Source: an uncultured bacterium (lineage in GTDB: Bacteria > Zixibacteria > MSB-5A5 > JAABVY01 > JAHJOQ01). Taken from it: a stretch of 64,000 nucleotides of DNA. Positions 39,976 to 49,185 of the stretch are shown piece by piece. Made by a program: the position numbers and the translations under genes. The first letter of the stretch is position 1. Each line of letters opens with the position of its first letter. The stretch spans positions 17,031-81,030 of the forward strand of contig CBDUQR010000007.1 of NCBI GenBank assembly GCA_965369655.1. The letters run 5' to 3'. The notes under the pieces are model-generated. The model was given only the letters and a program-made list of their open reading frames with translations. It did not search any database and was not told the DNA's origin.

Positions 39976-42900
39976 TGCATAAGGATGGACTTCAGGAATT
40001 CGCAGTTAGTGATCAAAAGACGAACAAAGTAGGCAGTGCGGTAGTCCTCGGGGGCGGTGTTGGCGGAATGCAGGCGGCGCTCGACTTGGCCGAGGCGGGC
40101 ATCAAAGTCTATCTCGTCGACAAGGAGTCGGCCATCGGCGGTGTAATGAGCCAGCTGGACAAGACCTTCCCGACCAACGACTGCTCCATGTGCATCGTTT
40201 CACCGCGTTTGGTCGACGTGGGGCGGCACCTCAACATCGAGATCATATGCAACGCCGACCTCCAAAAGGTCGAGGGCCTGGCCGGCGATTTCAAGGTTAC
40301 CTTAAAACAGAAGACCCGTTATATCGACCTTGAAAAGTGCACTGGCTGCGGCCTCTGCACTGAGAAATGCCCGATCACTAAGAAGAGCGAATTCGACTTG
40401 GGGATAGTACAGCGTAAGGTCATCTTCCGCCGCTACCCGCAAGCCGTTCCCAGTGGATTTACCATCGATAAGGAAGGCATCTCGCCGTGCAGGTTCGGCT
40501 GCCCCCTGGGAGTCAACGCTCATGGGTACGTGGCGCTCATCGCTGACGGGCGTTTCGAAGAAGCGCTCGAAGTCGAAAAGCGTCGCAACCCCTTTCCGAG
40601 CATCTGCGGGCGCATCTGCCCCGCCCCTTGCGAGGCCGAATGCCGCCGCGGCGATTTGGACCAGCCAGTCGCTATCCGCCAGCTCAAACGTTTTTTAAGC
40701 GACTGGGAACGCAAGAACGGCCGCAAGCCCCTCGAGCCTACCGAAGATGAAAAATCCGAAAAGGTGGGCGTGATCGGGACTGGGCCGGCAGGACTCACCC
40801 TTGCCAGGGAGCTTAAGCTCAAGGGCTATAATGTGACCATCTTTGAAGCCAATCCAAAGGCGGGCGGCTTGCTTATATCGGGGATCCCGCCCTACCGGTT
40901 ACCGCGGGACGTGATAGAGTGGGAGATCCAAGAGATATTCGACCTGGGCGTCGAGCTAAAGGCCAACACCCATGTCGGCAAGGACGTCAGTTTCGGTCAG
41001 ATAAAAAACGATTACGACGCTGTATTCGTCGCCACCGGCGCTCCCTGCGGGCGCTCGTTGAAACTCGAAGGCGAGGATACGATCAGCGGGTTGCATGACT
41101 GCATACAGTTTCTCAGGGAAGTAAACCTTGAGGGTCGCAAGAGCATCGGCAAGAAGGTCATCGTGGTCGGGGGGGGCAACGCCGCCATCGATGCGGCCCG
41201 TACCGCACAGCGCCTCGATACCGAGAACGTCACCATCGTTTACCGCCGCTCGCGGCGCGAGATGCCGGCCAACTCGACCGAAGTCCGCGCCACGATCGAA
41301 GAAGGTATCGAGATTGAATTTCTGGCCAACCCGGTGCGGCTAATAGCCGATGAGAACAACAAGCTCACCGGTGTCGAGTGCATCAGGATGGAGTTGGGTG
41401 AGCCGGACGATAGTGGCCGCCGGCGCCCAGTTCCGGTCGAAGGTTCCGAGTTCATCATCGAAGCCGATGTGCTGATACCCGCCATCAGCCAGGAGCCGGA
41501 CCTGACGTTCTTCGAAGATAAGTTTCAGCCCAAGACTACGCGCTTGAAAACGCTGGTGGTCGACCCAGTCACGCTCGAGACCACCATACCGGGAATCTTC
41601 GCAGGCGGCGACGTAGTCACCGGCCCAGCCACGGTTATTGAGAGTATCGACGCCGGTCTGCGCGCCGCAGAGTCGATCGACCGTTACCTGAAGAAGGAAG
41701 ACATGCGGACCGGCCGCGAAGAGGCCGAGCGGATCCGAGCGGAGCGCGATATCGACGGCGAGCCAATCATTCCGCGCCACCAGATCCCTGAGATTTCAGT
41801 TGAAGAGCGCGTCGGCAACTTCAACGAAGTCGAGCTTGGCTGGGACGAAGAGACCGCTATCGCCGAGGCAAAACGCTGCCTCCACTGTGCTGCCTGCTGC
41901 GAGTGCCTAATGTGTCTCGCGGCCTGTGAGGCAATGGCGATCGATCACGACATGGAGCGCGAAGAGATCATCACCCTCGAAACCGGCGCAGTAATAGCAG
42001 CCCCCGGTTACGAGCTGTTCAATGCCAACAACACCAAAGAACTCGGCTACGACCGCTTCCCCAACGTGGTTACCAGCCTGGAGTTAGAACGGTTGCTCTC
42101 TGCCAGCGGACCAACAATGGGCGAGATCAAACGGCCATCCGACGGCGAGCACCCCAAAAGCATCGCCTTCATCCAGTGCGTAGGGTCCCGCACGGTGGAA
42201 AACAACTACTGCTCGTCGGTTTGCTGTATGTATGCGACCAAGGAGGCGGTGATCGCCAAGGAGCACCAACCCGATCTGGAGTGCTCGATTTTCTATATCG
42301 ACCTGCGGGCATACGGTAAGGGCTTCGACGAGTACTACGAGCGGGCAAAAGAACATGGCGTGCGTTATGTGCGCTGTCGCCCATCGGCGATCCTGCAGGA
42401 CCAGCAGACCAAAGATGTGATCATCCGCTACGTGGACAACCAGGGAAAGCAGCAGGTGGAGCGCTTCAGCATAGCGGTGCTCTCCTGCGGCCTCAATCCC
42501 CTTGAGGGTGTGCATGAGTTCGCCCAAAGGTTGGGCATCGAACTCAATGATTTTGGCTTTTGTAAGACCAGCCGCATCGTTCCAGTTGACACGACTCGCG
42601 AGGGCATTTACACTTGCGGGCCTTTTAACGAGCCTAAGGATATCCCCGAGACCGTCATGCAGGCCAGCGCAGCAGCAGCCCGGGCCATGTCGTTACTCAG
42701 CGAGGTGAAGTGGACCCGCACGGCCCAAAAGGAATACCCACCCGAGCGCGATGTCACCGGTGAGGACCCGCGCATCGGCGTGTTCGTTTGTCACTGCGGC
42801 AAGAACATCGGCGGGGTGATCGACTGCAAGGCGGTGGCCGAGTATGCCAAGGGTCTCAACGGCGTGGTCTACGCAACCGACAAGCTTTACACCTGTTCCC

Positions 42901-44453
42901 AGGACTCGATCGTCTCGATCACCGAAACAGTCAATGAGCAAAACCTAAACCGCGTCATCGTGGCGGCCTGTACACCGAGGACGCACGAACCTCTTTTCCG
43001 CGACTCCATCCGCGAGGCCGGGCTCAACCCCTACCTGTTCGAATTCGCCAATATCCGCGACCAGAACACATGGGTCCATCAAAGCGAGCCACAAAAGGCC
43101 TTCGAGAAGGCTAAGGACCTGGTGCGCATGGCTGTCGGGAAAGCGCGCCTGCTCGAGCCGCTCTATGATGGCGAGCTCAAGATCAACAAAAATGCATTGG
43201 TGATCGGTGGCGGCATGAGCGGCATGACCACAGCCCTGGAGCTGGCCTCCCAGAGATTTCCGGTGCACCTGATCGAGCGCGAGAAGGAACTGGGTGGCAA
43301 TATGCACCGGCTCCACTACCTGATCGACGGTGACGATCCGCAAAAGAAGCTTAAAGAGACAGTCGAAAAGGTGCAGGGCCACGATAAGATCAAAGTCTAC
43401 CTCGACTGCCAGATCGAATCACTCTCCGGATCGCTGGGCAACTTCGAGACCACGCTCAAGCCCCACAACGGCTCCAAAGGAGAGACCATCAAGCACGGCG
43501 TCGTGGTGGTAGCCACCGGGGCTCAAGAGCTCAAGCCCGACGAATACCTCTACGGCCGGGACGAACGTGTCCTCACCCAGCTGGAGCTCGAAGAGAAGCT
43601 GGCGTCCGGCGACTTTTCTGCCAAGAATGTGGTCATGATCCAGTGCGTGGGTTCGCGCAATGAAGAGCGCCCCTACTGTAGTCGGGTTTGCTGCACTCAC
43701 GCTATCAAGAACGCGCTCCAGATAAAAGAGAAATCGCCCGACACTAACGTGTATATCCTCTATCGCGACGTGCGCACCTATGGGTTTCGCGAGTCGTGGT
43801 ACCGGCACGCCAGAGACAAGGGCGTGATCTTCCTGCGCTACGATCAGGATAAAAAGCCCGAGGTGGTCAAGGGCAGAGACGGATTCGAAATAATGGTCCA
43901 CGACCCCATACTCAACACTGACCTCAAACTTACTGCCGATAGCCTGGTGCTCTCGGCAGCGATAATCGCCAACGACGATGCCGAGGGCATCGCTCAATTG
44001 CTCAAGGTCCCGGTAAATAGCGACAAGTTTTTCCTCGAGGCGCACATGAAGCTGCGCCCGGTGGATTTCGCTACCGATGGCGTCTTCTTAGCCGGCCTGG
44101 CCCACTCGCCCAAGGCAGTGGACGAAAGTATCATCCAGGCTTTGGGGGCCGCAGGCCGGGCCAGCACCTACCTGTCCAAGGATCGCGTAACCCTGCCGGC
44201 TGCTATCTCCGAGGTCATCGACGAAAATTGTGACGGCTGCGCATACTGCATTGATCCCTGCCCCTATAATGCCATTACACTGATAGAATTCATGCATAAA
44301 GGCGATCTCAAAAAGACTGTTGAGAGTGACCCGTCGGCCTGCAAAGGCTGTGGCGTTTGTCAGGCGACCTGTCCCAAGCAAGGTATCAAGATTAATCACT
44401 TTAGACTCGACCAACTTGGTGCTATGGTCGAGGCTCTGCTGCTAGAGGGATGA
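39972..44453 (+). CDS. hdrA: Giant HdrA-like flavoprotein: HdrA with inserted GltD/NfnB-like NAD(P)H module fused to a second HdrA (HdrL-like)
   Basis: GGGVGG, LDKTFPTNDCSMC; insert CGRICPAPCEAEC, GTGPAG, GGGNAAID..YRRS; QCVGSR..YCS.VCC twice; RIGVFVCHCG; C-terminal ferredoxin motifs. Confidence 0.9.
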   Translation: MMHKDGLQEFAVSDQKTNKVGSAVVLGGGVGGMQAALDLAEAGIKVYLVDKESAIGGVMSQLDKTFPTNDCSMCIVSPRLVDVGRHLNIEIICNADLQKVEGLAGDFKVTLKQKTRYIDLEKCTGCGLCTEKCPITKKSEFDLGIVQRKVIFRRYPQAVPSGFTIDKEGISPCRFGCPLGVNAHGYVALIADGRFEEALEVEKRRNPFPSICGRICPAPCEAECRRGDLDQPVAIRQLKRFLSDWERKNGRKPLEPTEDEKSEKVGVIGTGPAGLTLARELKLKGYNVTIFEANPKAGGLLISGIPPYRLPRDVIEWEIQEIFDLGVELKANTHVGKDVSFGQIKNDYDAVFVATGAPCGRSLKLEGEDTISGLHDCIQFLREVNLEGRKSIGKKVIVVGGGNAAIDAARTAQRLDTENVTIVYRRSRREMPANSTEVRATIEEGIEIEFLANPVRLIADENNKLTGVECIRMELGEPDDSGRRRPVPVEGSEFIIEADVLIPAISQEPDLTFFEDKFQPKTTRLKTLVVDPVTLETTIPGIFAGGDVVTGPATVIESIDAGLRAAESIDRYLKKEDMRTGREEAERIRAERDIDGEPIIPRHQIPEISVEERVGNFNEVELGWDEETAIAEAKRCLHCAACCECLMCLAACEAMAIDHDMEREEIITLETGAVIAAPGYELFNANNTKELGYDRFPNVVTSLELERLLSASGPTMGEIKRPSDGEHPKSIAFIQCVGSRTVENNYCSSVCCMYATKEAVIAKEHQPDLECSIFYIDLRAYGKGFDEYYERAKEHGVRYVRCRPSAILQDQQTKDVIIRYVDNQGKQQVERFSIAVLSCGLNPLEGVHEFAQRLGIELNDFGFCKTSRIVPVDTTREGIYTCGPFNEPKDIPETVMQASAAAARAMSLLSEVKWTRTAQKEYPPERDVTGEDPRIGVFVCHCGKNIGGVIDCKAVAEYAKGLNGVVYATDKLYTCSQDSIVSITETVNEQNLNRVIVAACTPRTHEPLFRDSIREAGLNPYLFEFANIRDQNTWVHQSEPQKAFEKAKDLVRMAVGKARLLEPLYDGELKINKNALVIGGGMSGMTTALELASQRFPVHLIEREKELGGNMHRLHYLIDGDDPQKKLKETVEKVQGHDKIKVYLDCQIESLSGSLGNFETTLKPHNGSKGETIKHGVVVVATGAQELKPDEYLYGRDERVLTQLELEEKLASGDFSAKNVVMIQCVGSRNEERPYCSRVCCTHAIKNALQIKEKSPDTNVYILYRDVRTYGFRESWYRHARDKGVIFLRYDQDKKPEVVKGRDGFEIMVHDPILNTDLKLTADSLVLSAAIIANDDAEGIAQLLKVPVNSDKFFLEAHMKLRPVDFATDGVFLAGLAHSPKAVDESIIQALGAAGRASTYLSKDRVTLPAAISEVIDENCDGCAYCIDPCPYNAITLIEFMHKGDLKKTVESDPSACKGCGVCQATCPKQGIKINHFRLDQLGAMVEALLLEG

Positions 44454-44454
44454 G

Positions 44455-44871
44455 ATGAGTGACAACGGAGATTTCGAACCCAGGATAGTCCAATTCTGCT
44501 GCAACTGGTGCTCGTATACCGGCGCGGACCTGGCCGGCTCTTGCCGACTGCAGTATCCCACGAACACCCGCGTCGTGCGGGTTATGTGCACCGGGATGAT
44601 CCACCCTAACATGGTGATCGACGCCCTCACCAAGGGCGCCGACGGCGTGCTTATCTGCGGATGCCACATCGGCGACTGCCATTACATCGACGGTAACGAG
44701 CGTATGGAATCGCGCGCGGCCACCATAGAGATGCTTTTAGAGGACTTCGGCATTGAGCCGGAACGGTTCCGCCTTGAGTGGGTCTCGGCATCCGAGGCGC
44801 AGCGCTTCGTCGAGGTGGTCAATAACTTCGTTAAGGATATTAAGGAGCTCGGTCCCAACCCATTCGTATAA
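44455..44871 (+). CDS. mvhD: Methyl-viologen-reducing hydrogenase delta subunit MvhD
   Basis: FCCNWCSY.GADLAG, RVMCTG, GADGVL..GCHIGDCHY, WVSASE. Confidence 0.95.
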   Translation: MSDNGDFEPRIVQFCCNWCSYTGADLAGSCRLQYPTNTRVVRVMCTGMIHPNMVIDALTKGADGVLICGCHIGDCHYIDGNERMESRAATIEMLLEDFGIEPERFRLEWVSASEAQRFVEVVNNFVKDIKELGPNPFV

Positions 44872-44884
44872 AGGAGACACGGTT

Positions 44885-45091
44885 ATGGATAAACGGATGG
44901 TACAGTACTTCGACAGAAAGAAATTCATGTGGGACGGTGAGGAGTATGCCAGCGAGGATGACGCCAGGCAAAAGGAAAAGGAGTACTGCGAGAAAGACTT
45001 CGAGGTTCAGGTAGTGCCTGACAACGGCAAGTATTTGGTCTATACCCGTCGGTTGGTGACGGAGGTGGTGGTGGAAGGCGCCCCGATGTAG
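44885..45091 (+). CDS. 68-aa hypothetical protein inside the hdr-mvh operon
   Basis: SD AAGGAG then ATG; MDKRMVQYFDRKKFMWDGEEY...YLVYTRRLVTEVVVEGAPM; fills the gap between mvhD and mvhG. Confidence 0.75.
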   Translation: MDKRMVQYFDRKKFMWDGEEYASEDDARQKEKEYCEKDFEVQVVPDNGKYLVYTRRLVTEVVVEGAPM

Positions 45092-45148
45092 GCAGGGTAA
45101 CGAGTGGCTAACTACTGAAATGGAAAGCTAACGAAAAGGAGATATAAC

Positions 45149-46084
45149 ATGCCAGTTAAAATTGCAGAGGAGTGGTTGACTACCTGTGGTGGTTGCGAGG
45201 TCACGCTCCTTGATGTGGGAGAACCTCTCTTGGATATTTTGCCGGAATTAGAAATTGTCCATATGCCGATTCTCATGGACCATAAATACTCCGGGCAGGC
45301 GGGAGAAAATCCGGGGACGCTTGTGATCCCGGAAGCCGATATCGGCTTTATCTCGGGCGGCATTCGAAACGAAGAGAATCGTGCCGTGACCGAGGAGATG
45401 CGTAAAAAGGTCAACACGCTCGTGGCCGTCGGCGCTTGCGCCAATTTCGGCGGCATCCCCGCGTTGGCCAACATGTACACTATCGAAAATGTGCTACAGA
45501 TGATTTACGATGAAACAGAGACGACTGATTCGGGTCCGTTCCCCGACGAAGAACTCCCTCCGATGGAAGAAAAAGTCTCTGCTGTCAGCGAAGTGGTCAA
45601 GGTCGACATGGCCTTGCCGGGCTGCCCAACCACGCCCGAGCTTTACGTGCAGGCAATCACCGCCCTACTCAAAGGTGAAACCTTGGTACTGCCGGAGCGC
45701 AGCGTGTGCGACGACTGTCCCATGAAGCGCGAAAAGAAGGCCGTTACCGACATCAAGCGCCCCCTGGAAAAGCCCGAATGGCCGGCAGACAAGCCTATTG
45801 AAGAGGTGCGCTGCCTGATGGAGCAGGGCTACCTCTGCCTGGGGCCGGTCACCCACTCGGCATGTGGCGGCGAAGAGAAGGTCCCACGGTGCATCAAGGC
45901 CCATATGCCTTGTCGCGGCTGCTTCGGCCTGATTCGCGAAAGCGCCAATCCCCAAATCGATATGATGACCGCCCTTTCATCGATCGGTCTCGATCCGCGA
46001 CAAATCGAAGACCGTAGAGCAATGTTTAACCGCTTCGTCGGCTCGCAAGGACGGCTTCGTCCGTTGCCGCAGAGGAGGAAATAA
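45149..46084 (+). CDS. mvhG: Group 3c [NiFe]-hydrogenase small subunit MvhG
   Basis: EWLTTCGGC, GACA..GGIP, PGCP, SVCDDC, CL..QG.LCLGP.T...C...C.....PCRGC.G. Confidence 0.93.
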   Translation: MPVKIAEEWLTTCGGCEVTLLDVGEPLLDILPELEIVHMPILMDHKYSGQAGENPGTLVIPEADIGFISGGIRNEENRAVTEEMRKKVNTLVAVGACANFGGIPALANMYTIENVLQMIYDETETTDSGPFPDEELPPMEEKVSAVSEVVKVDMALPGCPTTPELYVQAITALLKGETLVLPERSVCDDCPMKREKKAVTDIKRPLEKPEWPADKPIEEVRCLMEQGYLCLGPVTHSACGGEEKVPRCIKAHMPCRGCFGLIRESANPQIDMMTALSSIGLDPRQIEDRRAMFNRFVGSQGRLRPLPQRRK

Positions 46085-46086
46085 CG

Positions 46087-47529
46087 ATGGGAAAGACAAT
46101 TTTAATCGAACCGGTTACCAGGATAGAGGGACATGCTAAGATCCAGATCATGCTGGACGACAGCGGCAATGTCGAAGATACCCGCGTAAAGGTTGTTGAA
46201 ACACGAGGTTTTGAGCGCTTTGCCATCGGCCGACCCATTGAAGAGATCATACGCATCGTACCGCGTATATGCGGTGTATGCCCATGGGCCCACCACTTGG
46301 CGGCCGCCAAGGCTGCTGACGAGGTTTTCGGTGTGAATATCCCCCCCGCTGCCAAAAAGATAAGAGAGCTGGCCTATATGGGACATACGATGCACAGCCA
46401 CCTGTTGCATTTCTATATCCTGGCGGGCCCCGATTTCCTCATGGGCCCCACTTCGGACTACACCACGCGTAATGTCATCGGCGTTATCGGCAAACACCCG
46501 GATTTGGCCAAAAAGATCGTGCGCAATCGCTGGCTCGCACAGATGGCGACCCAGAAGCTGGGCGGTAAAGCCATTCATCCGGACGTAGCCGTACCGGGCG
46601 GCTGGGCAAAGCCAATCACCGAAGACGAGCGCAAGGAAGTCAAGGAGATGTTCCAGGAGGTCTATGACTTCGCCTTGTTCGGGATCGATTTCGTCAAGAA
46701 GAACGTCTTCCCTGCGTACCTTGACTTTATAGCAAACACCGCTGTGTTCAATACAGGATTCCTTGGGCTAGTCAAGGACGGCGATTTAGAGCTTTACGAC
46801 GGTAAATTACGCATGATGCAGGCCGACGGGTCTTACGAGGATTTCGAAGCCTCAAACTATACCGACCACATCTCAGAGCACATTGAACCCTGGACTTATA
46901 TGAAATTCCCCTACATGAAGAAGGCCGGTGGATTCAATATGGACATCGACAACCCGCAGGGCATCTATCGCACCAATGCTCTGGCGCGTATGAATGTCTG
47001 CGACAAGATTCCCACGCCCAAGGCCCAGGCCGAGCTCGAGGAGTTCCGCGAAAAATTCGGTAAACCGGCAATGCCAACCTTCCTCTATCACTGGGCGCGG
47101 CTGATTGAGATCGTTTACGCCGCAGAACGGGCGATGGAGTTGGTCGATGATTCCGAGATCACCAGTGAGGACATCCGCCTCAAGCTCGAGCCCATGGCCG
47201 GACGCGGCGTGGGTGTGGTTGAGGCTCCGCGCGGAACCTTGATCCACGACTATACCACCGACGACAAGGGCCTCATCATAAAGGCCAACATCATAGTGGG
47301 CACTACGCACAACAACGCGCCCATTAACATGTCGGTCAAGAGCACTGCCAAGGCGCTGATCAAGGACGGTAATTACGATCAGGGTATCCTCAACCAGGTG
47401 GAGATGGCCATCCGCGCCTATGACCCGTGCCTGTCCTGCGCCACGCACGAGATGGACGGCTCGATCCCGGTCAAGATTGAGATCGTAAGTTCCGACGGCA
47501 AGGTGTTGGATACGCTTACCAATAGCTAG
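46087..47529 (+). CDS. mvhA: Group 3c [NiFe]-hydrogenase large subunit MvhA
   Basis: PVTRIEGH, RGFE, L1 RICGVCPWAH, EAPRGTL.H, L2 RAYDPCLSCATH plus cleavable C-terminal tail. Confidence 0.95.
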   Translation: MGKTILIEPVTRIEGHAKIQIMLDDSGNVEDTRVKVVETRGFERFAIGRPIEEIIRIVPRICGVCPWAHHLAAAKAADEVFGVNIPPAAKKIRELAYMGHTMHSHLLHFYILAGPDFLMGPTSDYTTRNVIGVIGKHPDLAKKIVRNRWLAQMATQKLGGKAIHPDVAVPGGWAKPITEDERKEVKEMFQEVYDFALFGIDFVKKNVFPAYLDFIANTAVFNTGFLGLVKDGDLELYDGKLRMMQADGSYEDFEASNYTDHISEHIEPWTYMKFPYMKKAGGFNMDIDNPQGIYRTNALARMNVCDKIPTPKAQAELEEFREKFGKPAMPTFLYHWARLIEIVYAAERAMELVDDSEITSEDIRLKLEPMAGRGVGVVEAPRGTLIHDYTTDDKGLIIKANIIVGTTHNNAPINMSVKSTAKALIKDGNYDQGILNQVEMAIRAYDPCLSCATHEMDGSIPVKIEIVSSDGKVLDTLTNS

Positions 47530-47643
47530 GGAACTCTATCTGCAGCAATTTGCTAAGAACAGATATTGTTCATCAATTCTATCTCATTGGATTATTATCT
47601 ATAATCCGGTAGTGTAAAACGTATAAACGATAAGTCATGAAAT

Positions 47644-48153
47644 ATGGACAAAAAAAGAATATCGCCGTGGTGTGCAGCTAAGACGCTGGTCTTAGGCTGT
47701 GGGAATATCCTGTTCGGTGACGACGGATTCGGTCCAACTGTCGCAGGCTACCTCAATAATAATTACCGGATTCCGGATGGTGTTCTGATAGAGGACGCTG
47801 GCACCGGTATCCGGGAGATGCTCTTCGATATCTCATTGAGCGAGATTTATCCATCAACGCTCGTCATCGTGGACTGCGTGGATAAGGGCCGAAGGCCCGG
47901 CGAATCTTTTGAGATAGAACTAACCGACATCCCAAAGGAAAAGATCGATAACTTCACCATGCACAACGCTCCCACTGCCAATTTGCTCAGAACCATCAAG
48001 GAGGAGAAGAAAGACATCAATGTCACGATTTTGGTGTGTCAATCCAAGCTGATTCCCGACGAGATGCAGATGGAACTCTCCGACGAGGTTAACGCGGCTG
48101 TGCCCAGGATGGCGCAGCTTATTTATGACCGTTTTATCAGTACGGCCCAATGA
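47644..48153 (+). CDS. Hydrogenase maturation protease (HycI/FrhD-like)
   Basis: LVLGCGNILFGDDGFG, DAGT, IVDCVD, TMH. Confidence 0.93.
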   Translation: MDKKRISPWCAAKTLVLGCGNILFGDDGFGPTVAGYLNNNYRIPDGVLIEDAGTGIREMLFDISLSEIYPSTLVIVDCVDKGRRPGESFEIELTDIPKEKIDNFTMHNAPTANLLRTIKEEKKDINVTILVCQSKLIPDEMQMELSDEVNAAVPRMAQLIYDRFISTAQ

Positions 48154-48194
48154 GGGCAAAGGGGTATCTAACTCGCTATTTTTGCTGCCGGAAC

Positions 48195-48437
48195 GATCTC
48201 GAAGCTCTGAACTACCTCGACAGACTCGAATCGATTATGCGAAGAAGTGGTTCCGAGGACCTGAAAAACGTGCTGAAAATCCTGGTCAACCGAATATCAG
48301 CCGATCCAGTCACACGCAAGGTCACCTGTACCTTCTATAAGCTCCCAATTCCGCGCCATGAGAACAACTGTGTCGGTTTTGTTATGCCGGAGGCCGGAAT
48401 CGAACCGGCACGGGGTTTGTGCCCCACTGGATTTTGA
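48195..48437 (+). pseudogene. Probable C-terminal remnant of a large serine recombinase, reading into the antisense strand of the tRNA
   Basis: EALNYLDRLESIM...EDLKNVLKILVNRISADPVTRKVTCTFYKLP then MPEAGIEPA (antisense of tRNA 3' end). Confidence 0.5.
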
Positions 48438-48470
48438 GTCCAGCGCGTCTACCAGTTTCACCACTCCGGC
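48385..48470 (-). tRNA. tRNA-Leu(CAA), CCA not encoded
   Basis: GCCGGAGTGGTGAAACTGGTAGACGCGCTGGACTCAAAATCCAGTGGGGCACAAACCCCGTGCCGGTTCGATTCCGGCCTCCGGCA; long variable arm; upstream TTGACA-N16-TAAACT. Confidence 0.97.
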
Positions 48471-48508
48471 ATTTGTACGTAGCAAGTTTATTCTTTGTGC
48501 GAGACATG

Positions 48509-49165
48509 TCAAGAGGATTCAACGTCAGGCTTGCGTAACCACACATCTCGGGTTCCATCATCGGATACCGTGAACTGCGTCACTTCAAGCGCTGCGAATA
48601 GCTCACGAATCTCATCGTCACTGTAATATCGCCAGAGCATTCCGGCACGTCGCCCAGATTTGTATCTCCAGGTGCCGTCCCGTAAGACCTCGAAGGAATC
48701 AGGATCATCATCCTCCATCCCGTCGAACGTAACCCATGCCAGACCACCCGCGCAAAGCGAATCCACAATGTTGGTCGCTGCAAGTGTTGCCTGATCGATT
48801 GGCATGTGATCCAGCACCGATCTGCATAGAATCGCATCGAAGTAGTCTCTTCTCACATATTCCTGCGCAGGAATCACTGCGGTAGTCACTTCTGCTCCGG
48901 TCCGTTCCGACCAACTCCTGACCCAGTCGATGGCCGACTGCGAAATGTCAACTGCGGTAACATCGAATCCATGTGCGGCAAGCGCGATAGCCCAGCGGCC
49001 AAATCCACACCCAAGATCGAGTAAGCGTCGACAGCCGTTGTCTTTCAACTTGCGGACAGCCATTTTCACAACTTCTGAAGTTGGCAGCGTGAAATCGCAT
49101 TCGACATTCTTGAAACATCGATTCCAAAACGCCTGGTTGTCTCTGGATAATCTGGAGTTTGTCAT
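48509..49165 (-). CDS. Class I SAM-dependent methyltransferase
   Basis: LLDLGCGFGR, VTAVDIS, FDAIL..SVLDH. Confidence 0.9.
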   Translation of the reverse strand: MTNSRLSRDNQAFWNRCFKNVECDFTLPTSEVVKMAVRKLKDNGCRRLLDLGCGFGRWAIALAAHGFDVTAVDISQSAIDWVRSWSERTGAEVTTAVIPAQEYVRRDYFDAILCRSVLDHMPIDQATLAATNIVDSLCAGGLAWVTFDGMEDDDPDSFEVLRDGTWRYKSGRRAGMLWRYYSDDEIRELFAALEVTQFTVSDDGTRDVWLRKPDVESS

Positions 49166-49185
49166 GGAATGATTGGCGGTGATAA

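Noticed and set aside
39972..47529. Possible selenocysteine recoding in HdrA, MvhD or MvhA
   Set aside because: Frames are open and the usual Sec positions carry Cys (NDCSMC, CCNWC, DPCLSC); no in-frame TGA
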